From: an uncultured Clostridia bacterium
GTDB lineage: Bacteria; Bacillota; Clostridia; Oscillospirales; Oscillospiraceae
NCBI GenBank assembly: GCA_946186225.1
Contig: CAMHMK010000001.1
Span: forward strand, 1-62,085
Reading direction: 5' to 3'
DNA length: 62,085 bases
The stretch's first letter is position 1. Each line of letters begins with the position of its first letter. Below the pieces are notes generated by a model. It made no database searches. It was given only the letters and a program-made list of their open reading frames with translations, and had not been told where the DNA came from. Positions 27,340 through 37,760 of this stretch are shown here, in pieces. The translations under genes and the position numbers were made by a program.

Positions 27340-29067
27340 ATGAAGCGAAGACTTCTCGCACGATTGCTGGTTCTTTCGCTGGTTTTCTTCTGTCTTCCCG
27401 CAGCGGCGGCGACGGAAACCATGCCCTGCCTGACCTTGGACGAAACCACGGTCTTCATCGGAGACTCCAACACCGTCTTTCTCCGCTATCACAACCCGGA
27501 GATTCAGAAGGCCCGCGTCTTTGCCCGCGTGGGCGGGCGGATCGATGAATGCGTGAAGAATTATTCCCGCTACCACGCCGACCGGTACAACAGCAGTCTC
27601 TACGAACTGATCCAGGCGCTGGAGGGTTCGAGCTATTCCACCGTCTACATCAACATGGGCACGAACAGCGTGGGCTTCAACCTGAATACCTTCCGCAGCA
27701 ACTATCAAGCCCTGCTTGATCTGCTCTATGCCAAGAACCCCGACGCGGTCTACTTTGTCTGCAAGATTCTCCCGGTCAACCACGCCAAGGTTACGGGACC
27801 CTACCGCGACTATTTTACCAACGCCAACATCAACGCCATCAACGACGTAATCACGGAGCTCCAGGCGGAGAATGCTGCGGCGGGCCGGAACGTGAAGCTG
27901 ATGGACCTGAACACACCCTTCCGGGACGCCTACGGGAATCTGAGCTCCGCCTGGAGCGACGGCGGCGGCATCCATCTGAGTCCGAAGGGGTACCGTCACC
28001 TCAGTGAGGTGGTTCAGCGTCTGATGGCGCAGGGAAGCCCATTCGCCAACCACACCTGGGGCGACATCTCCGTCACAGAGGCGCCGGGCTGCGCCACCGA
28101 GGGCAAGGGTCTTCGGTGCTGTCAGTACTGCGGGGCAGAACAGGAGACTGCCGTTCCCGCCACGGGCAATCATAGCTGGAACGCGGGCAAGGTCACCACG
28201 AAGCCCACCTGCACCGAGCCGGGCGTCAAGACCTTCACCTGTACCGTCTGCAGTCAGCAGAAAACCGAGCCGGTGGCCGCCAAGGGCCACTATTGGGAGG
28301 TCACGGAGATCCTGACCCCCGCAACCGAGGACGAGCACGGCACAGCAAAATACACCTGCAAGACCTGCGGAGCGACAAAGGAAGCCGTCCTCTGTGCCAG
28401 CGAGATCTTCATCGACACCCCGGCGGAAGGCCACTGGGCGCACACGCCGATCGACTGGGCCTTCTTCGGCGGCATCACCACCGGCACCAAGGCGAACCTC
28501 TTCTCCCCCGACAAGACCTGCACCCGCGAGCAGGTCGTGACCTTCCTCTGGCGCGCGATGGGCTGCCCCGAGCCCGCCTCAACGGAGAACCCCTTCAAGG
28601 ACGTGAACGAGTCGAGCTACGCCTTCAAGGCCATCCTTTGGGCCGTGGAGAAGGGGATCACCAACGGCACGTCCAAGACCAAGTTCTCCCCGGCGAATAC
28701 CTGCACCCGCGCTCAGGTCGTGACCTTCCTCTGGCGCGCAAAGGGCTGCCCCGAGCCGGAGACCGAGGAGAATCCCTTCAAGGACGTCAGCGAGGGCGAC
28801 TATTTCTACAAGGCCGTCCTCTGGGCCGTGGAGAAGGGCGTCACCAACGGCACGTCCAAGACCAAGTTCTCCCCGGCGAATACCTGCACCCGCGCTCAGG
28901 TCGTGACCTTCCTCTACCGGGCCGCCCAGCTCCCCGACCCGGAACCGGCCCCCGACCCTGACCCCGATCCGAACCCGAACCCCGATCCGGAACCGAACCC
29001 CGATCCGAACCCGAACCCTGATCCGAACCCGGACTCTGATCCGGAACCGGACCCCGAAAATCCCTGA
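27340..29067 (+). CDS. Secreted SGNH/GDSL hydrolase with three 4-Cys modules, three SLH domains and a Pro-Asp/Asn tail
   Basis: Signal peptide MKRRLLARLLVLSLVFFCLPAAAA. SGNH blocks: FIGDSNT, MGTNS, GGIHLSPKGY. Cys modules span 28081-28398. There are three copies of W....GIT.G......FSP...CTR.QVVTFLWRA. The C-terminus is PDPEPAPDPDPDPNPNPDPEPNPD... Confidence 0.88.
   Translation: MKRRLLARLLVLSLVFFCLPAAAATETMPCLTLDETTVFIGDSNTVFLRYHNPEIQKARVFARVGGRIDECVKNYSRYHADRYNSSLYELIQALEGSSYSTVYINMGTNSVGFNLNTFRSNYQALLDLLYAKNPDAVYFVCKILPVNHAKVTGPYRDYFTNANINAINDVITELQAENAAAGRNVKLMDLNTPFRDAYGNLSSAWSDGGGIHLSPKGYRHLSEVVQRLMAQGSPFANHTWGDISVTEAPGCATEGKGLRCCQYCGAEQETAVPATGNHSWNAGKVTTKPTCTEPGVKTFTCTVCSQQKTEPVAAKGHYWEVTEILTPATEDEHGTAKYTCKTCGATKEAVLCASEIFIDTPAEGHWAHTPIDWAFFGGITTGTKANLFSPDKTCTREQVVTFLWRAMGCPEPASTENPFKDVNESSYAFKAILWAVEKGITNGTSKTKFSPANTCTRAQVVTFLWRAKGCPEPETEENPFKDVSEGDYFYKAVLWAVEKGVTNGTSKTKFSPANTCTRAQVVTFLYRAAQLPDPEPAPDPDPDPNPNPDPEPNPDPNPNPDPNPDSDPEPDPENP
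28659..28915 (+). repeat. Perfect 74-nt direct duplication (period 183 nt) within the SLH repeats
   Basis: caccaacggcacgtccaagaccaagttctccccggcgaatacctgcacccgcgctcaggtcgtgaccttcctct is present at 28659-28732 and at 28842-28915. Confidence 0.9.
28932..29064 (+). repeat. Short-period (6/12-nt) coding repeat, ccg-gaa/gac/aac units
   Basis: Encodes PDPEPAPDPDPDPNPNPDPEPNPDPNPNPDPNPDSDPEPDPENP. Confidence 0.85.
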
Positions 29068-29082
29068 TTCCTCCGCGTCCGC

Positions 29083-29104
29083 GGCGGCCTGACCTCGGGC
29101 CGCC
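29083..29104. repeat. REP-like GC palindrome copy
   Basis: GGCGGCCTGACCTCGGGCCGCC, close to the copy at 11286 (GGCGGCCTGACCCCAGGCCGCC). Confidence 0.65.
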
Positions 29105-29161
29105 GGACCCGCTCCGCTACGCCCACCCCGGACGGGAGCGCTCACCCATATTCAAACGCGC

Positions 29162-29182
29162 GGCGGCCAGAGTCCGGCCGCC
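29162..29182. repeat. REP-like GC palindrome copy (opposite orientation)
   Basis: GGCGGCCAGAGTCCGGCCGCC, close to the copies at 11332 and 12998. Confidence 0.65.
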
Positions 29183-29325
29183 CCACGGAGTAACCCCCTG
29201 ATTGTTCGCCCAATCAGCGGTTTTGATGCGCCCGGTGATGAACTTGATTGCTTCGTTGGAAGTAAAGAAATCAGGTGTCTATTCAACAGCGCATGCTCCG
29301 TCTGAACTGCATAATTCCCGGTCCG

Positions 29326-29366
29326 CCCGGGCCGGCGCATACGATTTGCGCCGACCCGGGTTTTTT
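29326..29366 (+). terminator. Strong rho-independent terminator ~260 nt downstream of the SLH gene
   Basis: CCCGGGCCGGCGCA-TACGATT-TGCGCCGACCCGGG followed by TTTTTT. Confidence 0.85.
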
Positions 29367-29441
29367 GCGCCATCCGGGGAAAACCTGGGAATGAGATCCA
29401 TGGACGGTTCAAAAATTTATTGAAAAAGGCGCAAAAAGTGA

Positions 29442-29470
29442 TTGCAATTTCGTTACAAAGCAGTTATAAT
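29442..29470 (+). promoter_or_regulatory. Sigma-70-type promoter of the dcw cluster (Pmra)
   Basis: TTGCAA, a 17-nt spacer, then TATAAT. Confidence 0.75.
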
Positions 29471-29536
29471 GGAGCAAAGTGGATGTAAATGGGGAGAATT
29501 CCCACAAATTCCCCATCTGGGGAGGAGGTGAGCAGG

Positions 29537-29956
29537 TTGATCGGCAAATACACGCACAACGTAGACGCCAAGGGGCGTCTCTTCGTGCCTGCAAAGCTCC
29601 GGGAGGAGCTGGGCGACGTGTTCTACGTGATGATCGGTCTGGAAAACAGCCTGCTCGTCTATCCCGCCGAAAAATGGGAGCAGGTCAGCGAGAGCTTCAA
29701 CTCCGTCCGCCTGTCCGATTCTGCGGCGCTGCGCTACATTCGCGCCAACGTCGCAAAGTGCGAGCCCGACAAGCAGGGCCGCTTCGTGGTCCCGCCCATC
29801 CTCCGCGAATACGCCAATCTGACCGAGAACGTCACCTTCCTGGGCGAGGGCGACCACGCCGAGATCTGGAACGCCGAGGACTACGCCGCCAAGGAGGCCG
29901 CCTTCCTCAATACGCCGGGTTCCCTGGCGAACGCACTGAAGGAGCTGGGACTGTGA
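29537..29956 (+). CDS. mraZ: Transcriptional regulator MraZ (TTG start)
   Basis: TTG 29537, 6 nt after GGAGGAGGTG. LIGKYTHNVDAKGRLFVPAKLREEL and a second ...DKQGRFVVPPILREYA SpoVT/AbrB-like repeat. Confidence 0.93.
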   Translation: MIGKYTHNVDAKGRLFVPAKLREELGDVFYVMIGLENSLLVYPAEKWEQVSESFNSVRLSDSAALRYIRANVAKCEPDKQGRFVVPPILREYANLTENVTFLGEGDHAEIWNAEDYAAKEAAFLNTPGSLANALKELGL

Positions 29957-30888
29957 GCGAATTCCATCACGTTTCCGTGCTGCTCCGCGAGGCCGTGGAC
30001 GCGCTGAACATCCGCCCCGACGGGATCTATCTGGACGGGACCCTGGGCGGGGCGGGACACTCCCTGGAGATCGCCCGCCGCCTGACCACGGGCCGGCTGA
30101 TCGGCGTGGACCGGGACCCGAAGGCCCTGGCCGCCGCCCGGGAACGGCTCGCCCCGGTTATAGACCGGGTGACGCTGGTCCATTCGAATTTTGCCGAGCT
30201 CGATGCGATTTTGCGTGAGCTTGACATTCCAGCCGTGGACGGGATGCTCTTTGACCTGGGCGTCTCCTCCCCCCAGCTGGACGAGGCCGCGCGGGGCTTC
30301 TCCTACATGGCCGATGCGCCGCTGGATATGCGCATGAACCCTGAGGACCGGCTGACCGCCCGTGAGATCGTCAACACCTGGCCCCAGGAGGAGCTGCGCC
30401 GCATTCTCTACACCTACGGCGAGGAGCGCTACGCCCCGCAGATCGCGGCAACGATCTGCCGCTGGCGGGAGCAGTCGCCCATCGAGACGACGCTGCAGCT
30501 GGTGGAGGCCATCCGCGCCGGCATGCCCGCGAAGGCCCTGCGCGAAAAGCAGCACCCGGCCAAGCGGAGCTTCCAGGCCATCCGGATCGCGGTCAACGAC
30601 GAACTGACCGCCGTGGACCGGATGATGACCGCCGCGATCCCCCGGCTGAACCCGGGCGGGCGGCTGGCCGTGATCACCTTCCATTCGCTGGAGGACCGCA
30701 TCGTCAAAAACGCGATGGCACAGGCCGCAAAGGGCTGCACCTGCCCGCCGGAATTCCCGGTCTGCGTCTGCGGCAAGAAGCCGACCATCCGATTGATCTC
30801 CCGCAAGCCCATCCTCTCCGGAGAGACGGAGCTGGCGGAGAACCCCCGCGCCCGCAGCGCCAAGCTCCGGGTGGCGGAAAAACTCTGA
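29953..30888 (+). CDS. rsmH: 16S rRNA (cytosine1402-N4)-methyltransferase (GTG start)
   Basis: GTG 29953 overlapping the mraZ stop (GTGA). HVSVLLREAV....YLDGTLGGAGHS, DLGVSSPQLD, FHSLEDRIVK. Confidence 0.95.
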   Translation: MSEFHHVSVLLREAVDALNIRPDGIYLDGTLGGAGHSLEIARRLTTGRLIGVDRDPKALAAARERLAPVIDRVTLVHSNFAELDAILRELDIPAVDGMLFDLGVSSPQLDEAARGFSYMADAPLDMRMNPEDRLTAREIVNTWPQEELRRILYTYGEERYAPQIAATICRWREQSPIETTLQLVEAIRAGMPAKALREKQHPAKRSFQAIRIAVNDELTAVDRMMTAAIPRLNPGGRLAVITFHSLEDRIVKNAMAQAAKGCTCPPEFPVCVCGKKPTIRLISRKPILSGETELAENPRARSAKLRVAEKL

Positions 30889-30904
30889 GGAAAGGAGACC
30901 CGTT

Positions 30905-31429
30905 ATGGCAAGAAACGAACTGCCCGAGATCGAAGGCTCTGTGGCCTATCAGATTTACGAGCGGCCCTTCGACGGCAACACCGCCGTACAACCCATCCCT
31001 GCTGCCCTGCCGGAGGAAAAGCTGGAAGCCCGGAAGCAGAAGGCCCCGAAGGCCAAGCTGCAGATCGCGCCGCTGGCCGCCATCGGTCTGGCCGTGGTCG
31101 TCTTTCTTCTGGCCATGGTCATCTACAGCTACGTTCAGCTCTATGAGGCCACCAACCGGGCCGGCGACCTTCGCGCTGAGCTGACCGCAGCCCAGAACGA
31201 GACCGCAAAGCTCCGCTCCGCCTATGAGAGCCGGATCAATCTCGACGAGATCGAGGCCCGGGCAAAGGAGCTCGGCATGAGTACCCCCACCGCCAAGCAG
31301 ACCGTCTACGTCAATGTGGCCGGCGCCGACCGCGCGGAGGTCCTGAAGGTGGACGAGCGGTCCTTCCTGGAAAAGGCGCTGGACGCCGTGACGGGGAGCT
31401 TCCGCGGCATCCTGGAATATTTCCACTGA
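30905..31429 (+). CDS. ftsL: FtsL-like bitopic cell-division protein
   Basis: Position after rsmH. A single TM segment (IAPLAAIGLAVVVFLLAMVIY) is followed by a coiled-coil segment. Sequence conservation in this family is intrinsically low. Confidence 0.65.
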   Translation: MARNELPEIEGSVAYQIYERPFDGNTAVQPIPAALPEEKLEARKQKAPKAKLQIAPLAAIGLAVVVFLLAMVIYSYVQLYEATNRAGDLRAELTAAQNETAKLRSAYESRINLDEIEARAKELGMSTPTAKQTVYVNVAGADRAEVLKVDERSFLEKALDAVTGSFRGILEYFH

Positions 31430-31448
31430 CAAAGCCATAAAGCTAAAA

Positions 31449-31476
31449 GGGGCGACACCCGGTGCCGCCCCTTTTT
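31449..31476 (+). terminator. Intrinsic terminator/attenuator between ftsL and the PBP gene
   Basis: GGGGCGACAC-CCGG-GTGCCGCCCC followed by TTTTT. Confidence 0.7.
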
Positions 31477-31530
31477 ACCGATTCTGACCCCGGCGCTTGC
31501 ATTGATTTCTCTGTGAAAGGAGGCCTCCGC

Positions 31531-33870
31531 GTGGCCAAAAAAGCGAACATTCGCATTGTCCGTCCGGGCGAGCGACCCGTATACGACCGCGAAAAGGCCA
31601 ACCACGGCGTTCTGCGCCGGACGACCGCCATCATGCTGCTGTGCGGCGTTCTGCTCTTCCTGCCGCTGTTCTACCAGCTGTTCAAGCTGATGATCCTGGA
31701 CCATGATAAATATGAGTCGGAGGCCATCAGCAACCAGACCCGAACCACCGCCGTTGCGGCCGACCGCGGAACCATTTACGACCGGAACATGAAGATCATC
31801 GCGACCTCCTCCACCGTGGAGACCGTCTTCATCGACCCCTTGGAGATCCACAACGCCGAGGAGGATGTGGACTTCATCGCGCGGGGCCTGAGCGCGATCC
31901 TGGGCGTGGACGCCGAAATGATCCGCACAAAGGCCGCGAAGATCGACCGGCAGTACGAGGTCGTGGCCACCCAGCAGGAATATGAGGTGGCTGAGCAGGT
32001 CCGGGCCTTCATCACCGACAACAAACTGACCGGCATCCATCTGGAGCCCAGCTCCAAGCGGCACTATGCCACCCCCGCCACCGCGGCCCAGGTCGTGGGC
32101 TTTGTGAACGCAGAGAACGTGGGTGCGGACGGGCTGGAGGCCTATTACGACAAGATCCTGCAGGGAACGCCCGGCGCGGTCATCACCACAAAGGGCAACT
32201 ACCAGACCGAGATGCTCTACTCCTACGAAAAGCTCTATGAGGCCACCGACGGCAGCTCCCTGGTGCTGACCATCGACGCCCAGGTCCAGCGCATGCTGGA
32301 AAAGAATCTCAAGGCCGCGGTGGAGAAGTACGACGTGGCCAACGGCGGCTTCGCCATCATGATGAACGTGAACACCGGCGAGATCGTGGGCATGGCCATC
32401 GAGGGCAGCTACGACCCGAACAACTATCTGGAGATCACCGATCTGAGCGTCCTGCAGAAGCTCGAGGAGATCGGCGGGAAGATGGATCTCGCCACCGAGG
32501 GCACCCAGGAATACAAGGAGCTGGCCGACCTCTACAACCAGACTGTGGCCGCAGCCCGTCTGCGTCAGTGGCGAAACCGCTGCGTCTCCGACGGCTACGA
32601 GCCCGGCTCCACCTTTAAGACCATCACCCTGGCCTCCGCCCTGGACTGCGGCGCGGTGGATCTGAACACCTCCTTCTACTGCGCAGGCGAAAAGAACTAC
32701 CCCGACCGCGAGGACACCCTGCACTGCTGGAAGCTGGATGGTCACCACGCCGAAAACACCGCCCAGGCCCTTCAGAACTCCTGCAACATCGCCTTTGCCG
32801 ACATCGGTCTGATGATCGGCGGCGAACGTCTGTACAACTATGTGGACGCCTTCGGCTTCCTGGAAAAGACCGGCGTGGATATGCAGGGCGAGGCCACCGG
32901 CGTCTTCCACCCCAAGGATGAATTTGTCAAGAACGCCCAGCTGACCACGATCGCCTTCGGCCAGTCCATCAAGCCGACGCCGATCCAGATGGTGCGGGCA
33001 ATCTCCGCCGTGGTCAACGGCGGCTATCTGCTCAAGCCCTATGTGGTCAGCGAGGTGCTCGACGACAAGGGCAACGTGGTGCAGAAAAACAGCCGCACCG
33101 TGATCCGTCAGGTCATCAGCGAGGAGACCTCCGAGATCATGTGCGATCTGATCGAATCCGTCGTCACCGAGGGCACCGGCAGCAACGCCGCCCTGACCGG
33201 CTACCGCATCGGCGGCAAGACCGGCACCTCCGAAAAGCTGGACGTCTACGACGAGAACGGCAACCAGACCGACGACAAAATCGTCTCCTTCGTGGGCATC
33301 GTCCCCATGGACAGCCCAAAGTACATCTGTCTGGTGGCCCTGGACACGCCCACCCCGGGCAGCGGCTTCCGGATCTCCGGCGGCGTTATGGCCACCGCCG
33401 TGGTGCGCGATATCTTCTCTGACACCCTGCTGTATCTGGGCGTACAGCCCGACTACACCGACGTGGACATGAGCACCGTCAACGTGCAGATGCCCGACGT
33501 CCGCGATCTGACCGAGGCCGAGGCCAGCACCGAGCTTGCCACTGTGAGCCTGACCCACATCGTGGTCGGCAACGGCGAGACCGTGACCGGCACGATCCCG
33601 GCCCCAGGCGAAATGCTCCCAGGCAATTCCCAGGTCATCCTCTACATGGGAGAAAGCGTCCCCACCGACAAGATCAAGGTCCCCGATCTGAGCGGCCTGA
33701 CCATGGCCCAGGCCAACCAGGTGCTGGCCAACAGCGGACTCTATCTCCAGACCAAGGGCTCAAACCTCTACTACGCGGTGGTCACCGACCAGGACTACGC
33801 CCCCGATTCCGAGGTGGCCCGCGGCACGACCATCACCGTGGAGCTGACGGACAACTCGGTGGTTGACTAA
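31531..33870 (+). CDS. Class B penicillin-binding protein (FtsI/SpoVD/PBP2B type) with two PASTA domains (GTG start)
   Basis: GTG 31531 after AAAGGAGG. SxxK = STFK, SxN = SCN, KTG = KTGTS. Two C-terminal PASTA repeats (MPDVRDLTEAEA..., VPDLSGLTMAQA...). Confidence 0.93.
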   Translation: MAKKANIRIVRPGERPVYDREKANHGVLRRTTAIMLLCGVLLFLPLFYQLFKLMILDHDKYESEAISNQTRTTAVAADRGTIYDRNMKIIATSSTVETVFIDPLEIHNAEEDVDFIARGLSAILGVDAEMIRTKAAKIDRQYEVVATQQEYEVAEQVRAFITDNKLTGIHLEPSSKRHYATPATAAQVVGFVNAENVGADGLEAYYDKILQGTPGAVITTKGNYQTEMLYSYEKLYEATDGSSLVLTIDAQVQRMLEKNLKAAVEKYDVANGGFAIMMNVNTGEIVGMAIEGSYDPNNYLEITDLSVLQKLEEIGGKMDLATEGTQEYKELADLYNQTVAAARLRQWRNRCVSDGYEPGSTFKTITLASALDCGAVDLNTSFYCAGEKNYPDREDTLHCWKLDGHHAENTAQALQNSCNIAFADIGLMIGGERLYNYVDAFGFLEKTGVDMQGEATGVFHPKDEFVKNAQLTTIAFGQSIKPTPIQMVRAISAVVNGGYLLKPYVVSEVLDDKGNVVQKNSRTVIRQVISEETSEIMCDLIESVVTEGTGSNAALTGYRIGGKTGTSEKLDVYDENGNQTDDKIVSFVGIVPMDSPKYICLVALDTPTPGSGFRISGGVMATAVVRDIFSDTLLYLGVQPDYTDVDMSTVNVQMPDVRDLTEAEASTELATVSLTHIVVGNGETVTGTIPAPGEMLPGNSQVILYMGESVPTDKIKVPDLSGLTMAQANQVLANSGLYLQTKGSNLYYAVVTDQDYAPDSEVARGTTITVELTDNSVVD

Positions 33871-33888
33871 TCGATTGGATGTGATACA

Positions 33889-36687
<2,799 letters not shown>

Positions 36688-36731
36688 AGCTTCGTTACCT
36701 TTCACTTTCACTACCACTGGAGGGATCATCC

Positions 36732-37721
36732 ATGACAGAAGGCTCGATTCTCACCATCATCCTGTCCATCCTGCCCTGCTTCGTGATTGCACTGATCGCA
36801 GGCCGCTTCATCATTCCCTGGCTGCGCGCCATGAAGGCCGGGCAAACCATCCGCGAGATCGGGCCCAAGTGGCACGCCTCCAAGGCCGGCACGCCGGCCA
36901 TGGGCGGTCTGATCTTCATCCTGACTGCTCTGATCGGCACCCTCGTCCTCGGCGCGATCACCAAGGCCTGGACCTCGGCCTTCGTTTTCGCCTTTGCCGG
37001 GATCTTCGGCGCCATCGGCTTCCTGGACGACTACTTCAAGGTCAAGAAGAAGCAGAATCTGGGTCTGAAGGCCTGGCAGAAGATGGCCCTTCAGCTTCTG
37101 GCCTCGGCCCTCTACCTCTTCCTGCTCTACAAGGCCGGGCATCTGACGGCCAGTCTCTGGATCCCCTTCACCGCCCTCCGGTGGAGCATCCCGATCTGGG
37201 TCTACATTCCCTTTGCGGTCTTCGTCATCGTGGGAACCGTGAACGCGGTCAACCTGACCGACGGCGTGGACGGCCTGGCCACCGGCGTGACGATCCCGGT
37301 CATGGTCTTCTTCCTGGTGACGGCCCTGGCCCTCAAAAAGGCGGAGCTGGCGATCTTCCCCGCCGTCCTGCTTGGCGCACTTGCGGGCTTCCTTTGCTAC
37401 AACTTCCACCCGGCAAAGACCTTCATGGGCGACACGGGCTCCCTCTTCCTGGGCGGAGCGGTCTGCGGTCTGGCCTTTGCCCTGGATATGCCCCTGATCC
37501 TGATCCTGGTCGGCTTTATCTACATCGTTGAGACCGTCTCTGTGATCATGCAGGTGAGCTATTTCAAGCTGACCCACGGCAAGCGCATTTTCAAAATGAC
37601 GCCGATCCACCACCACTTTGAGATGTCCGGATGGAGCGAGGTCAAGATCTGGTTCGTCTTCTCCGGCGTCAGCCTGCTCATGTGCGCGCTGGCTTATCTT
37701 GCCACCGCCCCCCTGCGTTGA
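36732..37721 (+). CDS. mraY: Phospho-N-acetylmuramoyl-pentapeptide transferase
   Basis: ATG 36732 after GGAGGG. KAGTPAMGG, FLDDY.KV, NAVNLTDGVDGLA, FMGDTGSLFLGG, PIHHHFE. Confidence 0.96.
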   Translation: MTEGSILTIILSILPCFVIALIAGRFIIPWLRAMKAGQTIREIGPKWHASKAGTPAMGGLIFILTALIGTLVLGAITKAWTSAFVFAFAGIFGAIGFLDDYFKVKKKQNLGLKAWQKMALQLLASALYLFLLYKAGHLTASLWIPFTALRWSIPIWVYIPFAVFVIVGTVNAVNLTDGVDGLATGVTIPVMVFFLVTALALKKAELAIFPAVLLGALAGFLCYNFHPAKTFMGDTGSLFLGGAVCGLAFALDMPLILILVGFIYIVETVSVIMQVSYFKLTHGKRIFKMTPIHHHFEMSGWSEVKIWFVFSGVSLLMCALAYLATAPLR

Positions 37722-37760
37722 TCCCTGAACCCGGCCTTTGTGCCGGAGATTGGAGCGATT

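Noticed and set aside
28932-29064. Short-period repeats (also 50881-50952 and 41560-41640) considered as CRISPR-like or minisatellite arrays
   Set aside because: The periods are 6-18 nt with no spacers. They are in-frame inside well-supported ORFs and encode low-complexity peptide linkers. They are not CRISPR arrays.
29202-29423. 73-aa plus-strand ORF (and the 86-aa minus-strand ORF 29152-29412) in the SLH-mraZ spacer
   Set aside because: It has a non-ATG start without an RBS, and it runs straight through a strong terminator hairpin. The sequence has no features. The region is better explained as structured RNA.
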